From Tubulanus polymorphus (Eukaryota > Animalia > Nemertea), in assembly GCF_964204645.1 (NCBI RefSeq), contig NC_134034.1:13901062-13965061 (forward strand): 64,000 nucleotides of DNA, given 5' to 3'. Numbering within the stretch: the first letter of the stretch is position 1; the number at the start of each line of letters is the position of its first letter. The notes beneath the pieces were generated by a model. The model made no database searches and was not told where the DNA came from. It saw nothing but the letters and a program-made list of their open reading frames with translations. Below are positions 50,069 through 64,000 of this stretch, in pieces. A program made the translations under genes and the position numbers.

Positions 50069-53000
50069 GCACTGCTTTCCTGAGAATCAAACATAAAAAT
50101 TCTGTACAGAATAATTAAATGTTAGAATATAATGAAATTAGAGCACAGTGGAGTGATGAAAGACTCACCATTTCTAAACTCATATCAGATTAGTTCAGTG
50201 CCATCTAGCAGGATTTCACTTCCAACAGTAATAATGTCATGAAGTTAAGAGAACTGATGATTTTCTGAGAAAATAAATTCTTAAAACGATAGCAGCAGCT
50301 TCAGCAACTAGAGCTTCTTTACTCTTTGAAGGTGAATATTTTTAATTTCTCCAGTTCCAATTTGTGTTGGGCGTATTGCATTCTGGAAAGAGAAAATTAT
50401 GCCAGAAAATGGTTAATGAAATAGATAGAAACTGCAACTCTGTTTGTGTTCAATTGACAGAAAACCTACCGGGTTAATGAGTAGTTTATCACAATGTGTC
50501 GAGTATATGCAGATTTCTGAGAGGTTTGATGGTAGCTTTAGACTGCGTCCTCAAGTAAAACGTTGATACCTGCCAACATTGACCGATCAAAACATCATTT
50601 TCTGGACTTGATTTGAAGATCACCACAAATTACTGCAATAAATCGATATAAAACTCACAGCTTCTGACTCGTTTGATTTGTAGAGCGCAAACATTAACTG
50701 GAAGTTCAGCTTTATTTTAGACCCTAGAATACAACAGTTGTATAATTTTGATGATTCGAACTTTGAACAGAATAGAAGTGATTGAAAATTCGCCTTCACT
50801 GATTAATGTAGCTTCTAATCAGGAAATGAGTTTATAAATGTACAGTCAAACAGAGACTAGAATCTGTAGAGATATTTACCGGTACCGTATTGGTTTTGAG
50901 GATCTAAAGCGATGTCCATCTTAAACAAATGTGAAGTGAATTCCCAATGTTTACTGTTCACAGATTCTATCAAGGGTTCCAGTTATTTCAGCTCCTAAAT
51001 ATAAATTTTAGAAATTGTCAGTTAAGTTGTTATGAAATAAGAGCAGTTTCACACCAAATCAAACTAAGCCGTGATCTTTCAGTGACTGAATGCTTGAAAC
51101 ATAAACAGATAGAATAATTTATATAGAACAGTTCTCTAAAAATAATGAATTTCCAAACAGGTTTTACCTGCTACTGCTGCTGTTGCAGCTGGTGGTGGCG
51201 CTGTTGCTGCATAGTGCTGGTACTGCGGGTACTGCCAGTGCTGCTGTTGCAGCTGGTGGTGGCGCTGTTGCTGCATAGTACTGGTACTGCGGGTACTGCC
51301 AGTGCTGCTGTTGCAGCTGCTGGTGGCGCTGTTGCTGCATAGTGCTGGTACTGCGGGTACTGCCAGTGCTACTGTTGCAGCTGGTGGTGGCGCCGTTGCT
51401 GCATGGTGCTGGTACTGCGGGTACTGCCAGTGCTGCTGTTGCAGCTGCTGGTGGCGCCGTTGCTGCATGGTGCTGGTACTGCAGGTACTGCCAGTGCTGC
51501 TGTTGCAGCTGGTGGTGGCGCCGTTGCTGCATGGTGCTGGTACTGCGGTTACTGCCAGTGCTGCTGTTGCAGCTGCTGGTGGCGCTGTTGCTGCATGGTG
51601 CTGGTACTGCAGGTACTGCCAGTGCTGCTGTTGCAGCTGCTGGTGGCGCTGTTGCTGCATGGTGCTGGTACTGCGGGTACTGCCAGTGCTGCTGTTGCTG
51701 CTGCTGGTGGCGCTGTTGCTGCATGGTGCTGGTACTGCGGTTACTGCCAGTGCTGCTGTTGCTGCTGCTGCGGTGTGTATCTCATCCTGTAACTGAGAGT
51801 AAAACTGTAATTTTTAGTTCAAAAATAATTAAAAATATCAACAGAGACTGTTTAAGAATTCTGTGGAGAAATTCATTACCAGTTTTGTACTTACCTTTAA
51901 ATGAACCTGTTTAAATAGTAAATTCTATTGCATTCATTTCATTCTGAAAAGAAAAAGAAACAATAATCAGTGACAATAGAGCAGAATGTAACATCTCAAA
52001 TTATCAATCAATCAGACAGAAACAGTACAGGATTTCTGTAGATTAAACTGCTGTACTTATTTCATACTGATTGTACAGTTACAGATACATGTAACATTGT
52101 GTACAGATACAGAGTACAGATCACTGCATTACTTCATCCTGTGATTGAACAGTGATTTAATGTTCTTTCATCTTCATTAGATTCCCATCAGTCTAACTAA
52201 AACATCAGAACATTTTAACTCATCTAACCTCCCGACCCGACCCTCCCAGACCCCATCCCTCCCACTCTCCCACACCCCTTCCCTCCTGCCCTCCCCGACC
52301 CCATCCCTCCCACCCTCCCGGACCCCTTCCCTCCCGCCCTCCCAAACCCCTTCCCTCCCGCCCTCCCCGACCCCTTCCCTCCCACCGTCCGATACCCCTT
52401 CCCTCCAGCGCCCCTTCCCTTCCTCCCTTCCTCCCTCCCTCAATGCCCTCCCACCTGGCCCTCCCTCAATGCCCTCCCACCTGGCCCACCCTCAATGCCC
52501 TCCCACCTAGCCTTCCCTCAATGCCCTCCCACCTGGCCCACCCTCAATGCCCTCCCACCTGGCCCACCCTCAATGCCCACCCTCAATGCCCTCCCAGCTA
52601 ACCCTAACCTCAATGCCCTCCCATCATGCCTCCTCAACTCTGTTGTCTCCTCTTCACACACCACTCATCTGTACAATAACTACAAAACGATTTGCCATTT
52701 TTCACGATCATATCAATTTCATATATAAATCAAAATCCTTAATCAATTGCATCATTGATGGGACTCACAGATACTGTCTCTACACATTTTGGAGGCATTC
52801 AGATGACCTCAAATGATCATATGCCTGGGTTGGTCTTGAAAAACACATGGCTTCATTTTTACAGATGATTTCTTTATCAATTTCATCAAATTATTCCTAT
52901 TATTTCTACTCCCTCTAATAAGTATTCACAATATATCTCAGTTTCACGACAAGTTGCAGCAGTCGTCTGTAAACAGATTTCATTTCATCAAATGATGCAA

Positions 53001-56000
53001 GTTTGAGTTGTAGAGGTTTCATCTACAAAACATCAAACCAAACCTGAGGAACTTAATGTTGTAAGGGAGGGGGAGGTAAAGGAAATAAACCCGAACCAAA
53101 CCTCCACACTCACAAAATGTTGTGAGAAAGGCAAATACAAACCAAGGACAAGAATGATGGCTGAGATCAAAACAATTAATGCTATTTATGTTGCTTCACC
53201 AATTCAACATGACGTCACTAAATGAAACCATTGTGGACTATTTCAATACTCTCTACTAGAGGTTTCATATAAGCAAGTAGTTTATGGAATCATATTCATA
53301 AAAGTTATTAATCAATGTTTTTAAACTGCTGATGCAAAATATATACGTCATTAAATAATCTGTTTGATTGTCTTTTCAAGTTAACACTTAAACCCAGTGG
53401 AACAAATCAAACTCCAGCCATTTTCCTTCATTTGCCATTTTTCGTTTTTACTCTTTTCTCTGACTTGAGTCTTAGCACTTGAGTCGAGGTAGGAATAGAC
53501 CCCTGCCTGCTCGCTAAGCGTGCAGGACACTAAACCTTCGAATTGCTCTCGGACCCCACTCTTTATATCAGCATTTCATGCTGTTTTATTTTATTCACGC
53601 ATTCGCTTTACATTTTTTCATATGGCTTTTCCTTATTTGTCGTCTCACTAAAATTCTCATCAGTTCCGACTGGGATCAAGTTTAATCTTTTAGAGACAAA
53701 CAGCAAAAGGTTGTGTTAGTTGCACCAGCAGCAGCAGCAGCAGCTGCAGCAGCACCAGCAGCAACACTGATACAGATGAATCTTTCATTAACTACGTCAT
53801 TTGTTCCATTCTCAAATATTGAGTCATGAAGGCAACAGAAATAACTTTAAAAAACGTTAAATCTTTCATTGATGGTCTTTGTTTAGTGACCTAAGCGTCA
53901 AAGTTTGGTTCATAGCCCAGGTTTGGTGACCAAAGAGTCAAAGTTTGGTTCATGGCTCAGGTTTAGTGACCAAAGAGTCAAAGTTTGGTTCATAGCTCAG
54001 GTTTAGTGACCAAAGAGTCAAAGTTTGGTTCATAGCTCAGGTTTAGTGACCAAAGAGTCAAATTTTGGTTCATAGCCCTGTTTTGGTGACCAAAGAGTCA
54101 AAGTTTGGTCTATGGTTCTGATTTGGTGACCACGGAGGGTAAATATAGCTCATGGCCCTCGTTAAAGGTAAGTCAGTTTTATGGCTCTGGTTTGATTAGC
54201 AAATAACATGAGAAATTGAGCGTTGCATATGTTGAATAGGGGAATTGGACTAAACACTCATCACTAGAATAAAGTGAAGAATTATGTTTACACTGAATGG
54301 GCTCAAAATCTTGGACTAATTGATAAAGTCCGAAATAATTCTGACTAATTGAGTCTACCGGAAAATGATGCATTGATCGAAGTCTAAAAGCTATAAACTG
54401 ACAAATTGATCGAGCACTGATAATATTTTAAATAACAGCGGAGGATGAAATAACTTTCATAAACTGATATGATCGTGAAAAATGGCAAAATACACTAGAT
54501 ACACCTCCCCTACGCTTTATCAGAGTCTCATTGTAGTAGGAAGATTGCCGTAGCCTAACTGTAAAAACTACAACTACATCTGGTTGAATATCATTTGTTT
54601 TTATGGCTTTTAAATTCAGTAAAATATTTCCTGATAGAAGTATAATTAGTTCGCAGCCCCTTAAATTCTGTCTAGAATAGAATTATAAGTCACAGGTAGA
54701 AATAGAATATTATCCTATTCTAAAAATGAATATAATAATAGAACAATAGTCTCTCCGTGTCAATCTTTGTCCCACCTAAAAATTGTACAGTTTATTTCAG
54801 AAAATGTGTCCCATCTTTTTGAAAAGGATAACTAATTACCGGGGTATTAAGGATATCTATGAATAGTGATATACTGTGCCATGAAGGCAAATGAAGAAGT
54901 GTGTCAATAAAAGTGATTACAAAACATATCACTTATTCTAATGAGTTCTATACTCTTCTTCCAAAAATGAAGAGTAGGTCTCTGTCTAAGAATCTGCAGA
55001 AAAAAGAGGAAGCAGCGATGAATGTGAACTGCATCTCGACTCTCGTCAATAATTTTCTAAGTCGTCCTATACAGTTCTCAGTATTTACAGCCGTTTTTAA
55101 AATAGCACAGAAGAAAATACATCTTTCAGCTGGAAATGTAATCATTAAACCGCCAGATATCAACAGTAATTATTACGTATGATTGTTGTTTCATTCAATT
55201 ATTAATGAAGCCGTGTTTTGATCGGAGCCAAGGAGCAGTTTGTGATCATTCAAAAAATATCTCTCATTCCTGACAACATTAAATAATGGCCCTAATAATT
55301 GAAACGTCCCAATTCAAAAATCTGGGGGCAATTATCTCATAACGATTGAGAGAAGTGACGGTGAAATTACGTGCGCACTCACCGGGGATCAAACCCGGGT
55401 CTCATAGAAATAACAACTAGTAAAATAGAACGAGTCCAATTGGCCGATGGTTATACAGCTTGTCATGCATAACAACTGAAACATGACATGTTGCAGTCAC
55501 GTGTTTCATAATGATTAATCCTTTCTTAGAATAATAAAAAGATAGGACACATTTTCTGAAATATCCTAAACTTCAAGACTAAAACTACGACTAAACCACC
55601 TGTACCTGTACCTAAACCCTAAAGCCCCACCCTATATCCCTCCCTCCAAAGTCCTACCACCACCCCTACATCCCTCCCATCCTCCCGGAACCCCATCCCT
55701 TCCACCCTCCCGGACCCCTTCCCTCCCGCCCTCCCGGACCCCTTCCCTACCGCCCTCCCTCCCAAACCCCTTCCCTCCTGCCCTCCCTCACCCCATCCCT
55801 CCCACCCAGACCCTTCCCTCCCACCCAGACCCCTTCCCTCCCACCCAGACCCCTTCCCTCCCACCGTCCCCCACCCCAACCCTCCCTCCCTCTACCCCTT
55901 CCCTCCCCCAACCCTACCCACCCTCCCCAAACCCCGTGGTTAGGTGAGTTGAATGTTCTGATGTTTTAGTTAGACGGATGGGAATCTAATGAAGATGAAA

Positions 56001-58109
56001 GAACATTAAATCACTGTTCAATCACAGGATGAAGTAATGCAGTGATCTGTACTCTGTATCTGTACACAATGTTACATGTATCTGTAACTGTTCAATCAGT
56101 ATGAAATAAGTACAGCAGTTTAATCTGCAGAAATTCTAACTCTTAAGATACACATGATCTGATTATCACGAAGAAACATGATTGATAACAGTTGTATTAT
56201 TGACACCAGGAACCAGTTTCATATTGATTAGAAATAACATTTGAGTTGATCACAATTTAGAAAACCTGTAAACCCGCTTACAGAAATAACAATCCCAACC
56301 ATGAACTGATTATAGCCAAATATTCACCAAAAGAAATTTGAAATGATTGAATAACTGTGACAGGTTTCTGAGATTTCATTTCAAAACATGGTTTATAACA
56401 AACAATATAAAATTGGTCCCTTAAAATCAATTCAACAACCGATAAATAAAGATTAATGTTACTTATCTTGAATTTCCACATAGGCTATAGTGATTCCTGA
56501 TGTCATGCTGAATCCAAGAGTGATTCCCGATGTCCTGTGCTAAATCAAAAAAAGTCTGGTAGTAAAACACTGATTCCTTGTTGTCCTGTGCTGAATCCAA
56601 GAATGATTCCCGATGTCCGGCGCGAAACCAAAAAAGTCTGATTGTGAAACACTGATTCCTTGTTGTCCTGTGCTGAATCTAAGAGTGATTCTTGTTTTCC
56701 TGTGCTGAATCAAAATTCCCGTTGAACATGTTGAAGTGATACCTATAATAGACAAATCTAAGATTGTTTTCTTTCCTTAGAAATAACTGCAGAAATATCA
56801 AATCTAAAATTCAAACTTACAAATTAGATTGTTCGCTCCAATCTGCAGTTCGTTTATTCACGGGGTTTTTCTATCCACAGTTTAGGTTTTGCATCTAGAG
56901 TTCAACATGAAATATAAACAAGAAAGTAATGAAAAAACGAACAGTTTAAATATTATCTGTTTCTGAAACCGATGATGATCATCATCATCAATATCACAGA
57001 CGAATGGAGGCAAGTAGAGGCATCAATCCTCCTGCGGCAGGGACTCGAACCTGATGGCATCCAGATTGCCACGGTACGAAACCCTGCCACACTAGACCTA
57101 GTGCGCAGCAATTACACGCGCAGCTTAGATGATGTCATTAATAGCCAATCAGAAATTCAGTTTTATTTTAGCCCGGGTTTTCCCATTTATAGTTCTTCCG
57201 TGAAATTTACCTCAGCGATTAACGAGCAATCTGTTTGGTGCCGCAAGATTTTGCGCGGTAAAGCTGCGCATGTACCTGCGCACCCGGTCTAGTGTGGCAG
57301 GGGTTCGTGCCGTGGCTGAGTGTAGCAAGCGATGTCATCAGGTTCAAATCCCTCCCATGGGAGGATGTTGGCGTCCGACATGTTTGGACTGCGATTAATA
57401 GGCCTATAGGTTAAGCGACAGATGAAATAAACTTACACTGTTTTCACTGTTTGATGTAATCAGTCGATGGAATCATGATGGAAATATCAGGATGGAATGA
57501 CGTTATGCTTGACTGAGCGCCACCATGACCATGGCATATGTCAATGTGCACTGTTTGTATGTAGGATGTGACTGAAATAATATGATTTCCCGCAATATCT
57601 GAGATGGAATATTTTTCGCCATTTAAACCAATGTTACAAACACTTACCAAATATTGAAATACTGATTTCAGGGGTCGGGAAGGAGGGTGGCAATGTTTGT
57701 ATTAGGAGAGGTTTTTGCTTAATTTCGTGTTATGGTAAAGCACGCCATTTTGATATTGCGTCATAGTGTACCTCAGATTGGGATTCCCGCCGGTAGACTG
57801 GTCACCGCCACCTGCATTCGCAGGTAGAAATGGCAACCAGTCTATTGCAGGTCTCGGCTTCTTTTCGATTAGATTAGGTTTTATATTCTACGCAATATTC
57901 AAAGAATTTATTCTAATGAAAACCACGCTCTTTACCAATCTAATCATTCGTTTCGAGGTTTCCGTAATTACTACTTTAGTGTTCACAGAAATTCCGCTAT
58001 CGTTATTCATAGGGGCAGCACTGAACGGTTGTAATTTGATGCAGTCTTGCTATTTTACTGCGGCATGTGAGGAATACAGATTTTTCTTAAGTCAAATTTC
58101 ATTCATCAC

Positions 58110-61100
58110 TCAACACTAGTTTGTTAGAAATTAATAACTGTACCAACATAAGAGCTTTATATAAGGAGAGTAAATTAATGGTATGATAGAATCTCCCTAA
58201 TTCCGATCATTGGGACCAACAAAATTCATCCGTTTTACGGCAAATCCGGATTAAAAGTCATTTTCGTGTATATTAACGATAAAATTGACTGTATATATTA
58301 TCCGGATTAGACCAAAATTCGGTCGATGCGGATTAAACGATTTAGTTTGACTGTATTAGCCAATAGAATCAGTATTCGCCCATCGAACTGGCCCCAGGGC
58401 ACTAAAATTACCAAGAAACAAACACTGACGAGTGTTGGCCTGCTAAATAAACGCAGAAACCCTAGTGTTGGCCTATTTAATAAACGTAGAAACCCTAGTG
58501 TTGGCCTGTTTAATAAACGTAGAATTCCTAGTGTTGGCCTGTTTAATAAACGCAGTAACCCTAGTGTTGGCCTGGGTGAATAAACGCAGAAACCCTAGTG
58601 TTGGCCTGTTTAATAAACGTAGAAACCCTAGTGTTGGCCTGTTTAATAAACGTAGAAACCCTAGTGTTGGCCTGTTTAATAAACGTAGAAACCCTAGTGT
58701 TGGCCTGTTTAATAAACTCAATAACCCTAGTGTTGGCCTGCTTAAGAAACGCAGTAACCCTAGCGTTGGCCTGTTTAATAAACGCCGAAACCTTAGTGTT
58801 GGCCTTGTACCACACTGACCACACATATTCACAAACCAGGTCAGTCACTAGAACTCAGCGGTCTAGTGGTTAGCGTGTTCGGCCGGCATGCTGGAGGTCG
58901 CAGGTTCGAGTCCTGCTAGGGTTAGGGTTACGATCGATCTAGGGTTAGGGTTAGTGCCTCAACTTGGGGTTAATTTTTGGCCCAGCGAGGTATTTGTAGT
59001 ACGATGATCATCTGTTTGACTCGGGTTGTTTTTTGGTCAATAGATTCTATACTAACTTATATATTTTGAACACAAATATTTGCTTTATCCTTAGAAGCCA
59101 CTTTATTTAAAAGATACTTCGCTCAATACAGTAGTTTATTTCTAAATGAATAAAAGAGTTGGTGACATTATTCAATATATATAAAAACCACAATATCTAT
59201 TTTAAGGTTGGTATGCAACAATTTCCACTCTTTTCCATAGGTGTCGCTTTGGATAAATATCTATATCTCTTGACCCAATGGACCGATTACGATTAAACTT
59301 GATACACAGGAACTTTTATCAAGTAGCACTCGGGGTGGGTGAAATCGCTCTAGGTTGAAGTTACACTGTCCTAAATTGGCTCCAAACAACGTGAAATTGG
59401 TAGTTAGGCCTACTACGAGTACGGGTAGAACACAGTTTGAAATCGTATCGTTGTAGGTTATCGTAAAGAAGATGAATACGACGATTAACAGTACAAATAT
59501 CGTTATAGACACGGTTTTAGTCGAGACATTGATGGCCGGGTTTAACTATTCCTGGATATGACCATGCTTCACAATTAAATTCATCTTCTGAATGAGGACG
59601 ACCATCGAACACGTGTCTAATCGCGTCATAACGGGTACGGGGTGTCCCGCGTTCGAACCAAGTAATTACTGATACTGGTTCAGAGTGGTCTTTGTACAGG
59701 GGTGTCCAGGGTTCGAACTGAGTAGTGGTCCAAGTTGTCCTGATGCTGAATGGAGGATGTACAGGGTTGTGTCCCGGGTTCGAGAACCAGTAATTACTGA
59801 TACTGATTCAGAGTGGTCCTGATGCTGATTAGATGATGTACAGGGGTGTCCCGGGTTCGAACTCAGTAGTGGTCCAAGTTGTCCTGATGCTGAATGGAGG
59901 ATGTACACGGGTGTCCCGACCGTACGGTGCTGCCGCTATGCTCATCGTTAGCGGGATTTCCATACACTAACTGAAGTCAACTCTGGCAATCGTCGTGCTG
60001 TCCAGCTATACTCCGTAACCCTTGCTTGCCAGAGTTGACTAACGTTAGTGTATGAAAATCCCGCTACCGATGAGCATAGAGGCAGCACCGTACGGTGAAA
60101 TGTTGATATCTTAACAAAAGTAATTACTGATTCTGATTGGTCCTGATGTTGAATGGAGGATGTACAGGGGTATCCCGGGTTCGAACCAGTAATTACTGAT
60201 ACTGGTTCAGAGTGGTCTTGATACTGAATAGAGGATGTACAGGTGTCCTGGGTTCGACCCCGCCACGAAAAATGATTAAATAACGCACACACGACTTACA
60301 GCAACAATTATCTATATTTATTCCTCATTGTCATGTAACACACCCGGACGCAGTTCTACAGTTGTGTTAGAGTTAACTCCGAGTTAAAGTTAATTCATTT
60401 TCAATAAGTTACCCCAGTTTCACAAAAAGGTTTAACTCTTAAATCGGTTTAATTTCTTCATTAATTCAGTTTATCTTAAATCGATTTAGGCCTTAATCCT
60501 TTTTGTGAAACTGGGCCCAGAGTTAAATCTTAACTCAACAACTGTGGAACTGGACCCTGCCCTTTTAAGAATAGTAGTTGGACCATCGAATTGAAACCCT
60601 CGCATACCAGGGTAAGAAAGAAAAAATGAATTCCTCGAGTGGACACCAGGGGTCGCAGTTCCACAAAAAACGATGCTTTTTTTAACTGAATTTGTGAAGA
60701 AATTTAATCTGGATCTCACAAAAAGATCTTTTTTGTTGATCTTTGATAACTAATCCGTATATGTGAAACCGTACCCTCGGTAGGATTTGGTTTATGATGC
60801 GAGGGTTTCAATCAGATTTAGATGCTGCAGTTTCGCACACTGAATAGCGAGTATTTAATACCGTCGAGTCCAGTTTCACAGAGAAAGGATGAATCAATAT
60901 AGGCGGTAAAGTCGAATAGAGAAGTTTTTTGAGTAAATTATTTCTATGAAACTGAACCCGTGGGATTTACGTGTGACGCACTGATTGTGTGTGAAACTGC
61001 TGACGTCTGTAATCACAACTAAAACAACACAGAAAATTCATCTTTATTTCAAATAAAACAGAACAACAGTTCACACGAAATATTATAGTCCCATAATAAA

Positions 61101-64000
61101 GAAAACCTGTCGATATTTCAACTCAATCAATGAAATCATAATCATTATACAATATGTGTATCATACAATTTTTTACAAAACCAGACCAATAAAACTGGGT
61201 GGTGGGGTACAAACAATTACAAACTAATGCAACCAGTTATCGCTGCTTTACAGCTACATTTAATCTTCAATTTCAATTTTCACTTAAACTTTAAAACCCA
61301 CTATATAGAAACTTAATAGAAGTAAAAGACACAACATTTTGGAGTCTCTGTAGAGACCATCATCAAGTCTGAAGAATAACTAAAACAGGGAAAAACAAGT
61401 TAATTAGGAAAGTAAAGCGAGTGTTCAGTGCTAAGGTCGAGAGGTTTTGTTATTTTGTGCGTATAGGTTGTTCTAGTTATTTCTTCATTATACTTTTATT
61501 ATTTTGATTCTTGATAAATGAATTTTGCCTTAAATTTGCATATAGCAGGGTTTAAATTATATATTCTATGCCCGAGTCAGGCTATTATTCTATTAGCAAA
61601 AATGACACCACAGCTTTGAGAGACGAATCAGGGGATGACTTTATTGTTTTTATGTATACGTGATACACAGTCTATCAAACCATCACAAACAGTAGGCTGC
61701 CCGTGCCGGTCGGCACAGATAAACAATATTCATTTGGCTTTAAACTTAAAAATTGCAGATCTGAAATAAGTGGCATCATATCAATCTCCAGGTAGATGGC
61801 TGGTCCCTGTCCCTGTCAAATGGCAAATTGGTCCCGATCCCCACTTCGTCCTAGAATAGAGAAAACTTGCGTCAGCAAATATTACATAGAAAATGTTCAA
61901 TTGAATTAACAGTCAAGTGGGAATTGTCTTCATGACATAATTCGGTAACTAGAATCTATAATTACCTTATAATACTAGATAATTCAACACCATTATTCAA
62001 TCTTTGATCACTTTTCAAACTGTTCTATTGGACAAATTTCATGCTGCAAAAAATCATTATACTATGAAAATACTAAGTAATGTATTTATAACAGTCTGAA
62101 ATTGGGGCTAAATTCTATTAGAAAATCAATCATTTTCAAACTTGTGTTGAGCAGGATTAAGCAGCAGCAGCAGCAGACGCAGCCGCAGCCGCAGCAGCAG
62201 CAGCAGCAGCCGCACTGCTTTCCTGAGAATCACACATAAAAATTCTGTACAGAATAATTAAATGTTAGAATATAATGAAATTAGAGCACAGTGGAGTGAT
62301 GAAAGACTCACCATTTCTAAACTCATATCAGATTAGTTCAGTGCCATCTAGCAGGATTTCACTTCCAACAGTAATAATGTCATGAAGTTAAGAGAACTGA
62401 TGATTTTCTGAGAAAATAAATTCTTAAAACGATAGCAGCAGCTTCAGCAACTAGAGCTTCTTTACTCTTTGAAGATGAATATTTTCAATTTCTCCAGTTC
62501 CAATTAGTGTTGGGCGTATTGCATTCTGGAAAGAGAAAATTATGCCAGAAAATGGTTAATGAAATAGATAGAAACTGCAACTTGTTTGTGTTCAATTGAC
62601 AGAAAACCTACCGGGTTAATGAGTAGTTTATCACAATGTGTCGAGTATATGCAGATTTCTGAGAGGTTTGATGGTAGCTTTAGACTGCGTCCTCAAGTAA
62701 AACGTTGATACCTGCCAACATTGACCGATCAAAACATCATTTTCTGGACTTGATTTGAAGATCACCACAAATTACTGCAATAAATCGATATAAAACTCAC
62801 CGCTTCTGACTCGTTTGATTTGTGGAGCGCAATGTTTACTGCAAGTTCAGCTTTATTTTAGACCCTAGAATACAACAGTTGTATAATTTTGATGATTCGA
62901 ACTTTGACCAGAATAGAAGTGATTGAAAATTCGCCTTCACTGATTAATGTAGCTTCTAATCAGGAAATGAGTTTATAAATGTACAGTCAAACAGAGACTA
63001 GAATCTGTAGAGATATTTACCGGTACCGTATTGGTTTTGAGGATCTAAAGCGATGTCCATCTTAAACAAATGTGAAGTGAATTCCCAATGTTTACTGTTC
63101 ACAGATTCTATCAAGGTTCCAGTTATTTCAGCTCCTAAATATAAATTTTAGAAATTGTCAGTTAAGTTGTTATGAAATAAGAGCAGTTTCACACCAAATC
63201 AAACTAAGCCGTGATCTTTGAGTGATTGAATGCTGGAAACATAAACAGATAGAATAATTTATATAGAACAGTTCTCTAAAAATAATGAATTTCCAAACAG
63301 GTTTTACCTGCTACTGCTGCTGTTGCAGCTGGTGGTGGGGCTGTTGCTGCATAGTGCTGGTACTGCGGGTACTGCCAGTGCTGCTGTTGCAGCTGGTGGT
63401 GGCGCTGTTGCTGCATAGTACTGGTACTGCGGGTACTGCCAGTGCTGCTGTTGCAGCTGCTGGTGGCGCTGTTGCTGCATAGTGCTGGTACTGCGGGTAC
63501 TGCCAGTGCTGCTGTTGCAGCTGGTGGTGGCGCCGTTGCTGCATGGTGCTGGTACTGCGGGTACTGCCAGTGCTGCTGTTGCAGCTGCTGGTGGCGCTGT
63601 TGCTGCATGGTGCTGGTACTGCAGGTACTGCCAGTGCTGCTGTTGCAGCTGGTGGTGGCGCCGTTGCTGCATGGTGCTGGTACTGCGGTTACTGCCAGTG
63701 CTGCTGTTGCAGCTGCTGGTGGCGCTGTTGCTGCATGGTGCTGGTACTGCAGGTACTGCCAGTGCTGCTGTTGCAGCTGCTGGTGGCGCTGTTGCTGCAT
63801 GGTGCTGGTACTGCAGGTACTGCCAGTGCTGCTGTTGCTGCTGCTGCGGTGTGTATCTCATCCTGTAACTGAGAGTAAAACTGTAATTTTTAGTTCAAAA
63901 ATAATTAAAAATATCAACAGAGACTGTTTAAGAATTCTGTGGAGAAATTCATTACCAGTTTTGTACTTACCTTAAATGAGCCTGTTTAAATAGTAAATTC
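58110..64000. repeat. Macrosatellite unit C (truncated by window end)
   Basis: Collinear with the first ~5.5 kb of unit A. Confidence 0.95.
60347..60556. mobile_element. Nested Harbinger-like MITEs present only in unit C (inner element ~60412-60518)
   Basis: Outer arms gcagttctacagttg / caactgtggaactgg; inner cccagtttcacaaaaagg / cctttttgtgaaactggg; absent at the equivalent sites ~32243, ~34785 and ~47625. Confidence 0.75.

Overview
Eukaryotic, intron-rich, AT-rich animal DNA. A lophotrochozoan-type invertebrate is my inference from gene style, not a determination. The window has two halves. (1) 1-31.5 kb is a compact gene cluster: calpain-7 (CAPN7, minus strand, 16 exons visible, 3' end beyond the window start, one GC-AG intron, an intronic hAT-like element with a 6-bp TSD). 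CAPN7 lies head-to-head with PDIA4/ERp72 (plus strand; three CGHC domains, KDEL, two candidate signal-peptide first exons, an ERSE-like motif). These are followed by an SH3BP5-like gene with a candidate 66-nt cassette exon, an intronless class A peptide-type GPCR, a 3-exon 437-aa signal-anchor protein I cannot assign to a family, and a possible 81-aa microgene. (2) 31.6-64 kb is a head-to-tail macrosatellite of about 12-14 kb units (a partial unit, then A 32514-44187, B 44188-58109, C 58110-end) with no credible long protein gene. Each unit carries a tRNA-derived head next to a 33-bp satellite, a ~75-bp B-box satellite, nested MITEs and a chain of GT-AG exons on the minus strand that looks like a spliced non-coding or degenerate transcript; A and B also show a ~4-kb segment bounded by ~197-bp inverted repeats (C is cut off before it). 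Two of these exons are VNTRs: a 64-bp repeat (4/9/8 units) and a CTG/CAG tract that is short and interrupted in A and C but a pure 257-triplet run in B. The copies also differ by at least three micro-inversions. Exon coordinates were read by eye and checked for phase; no database searches were run.
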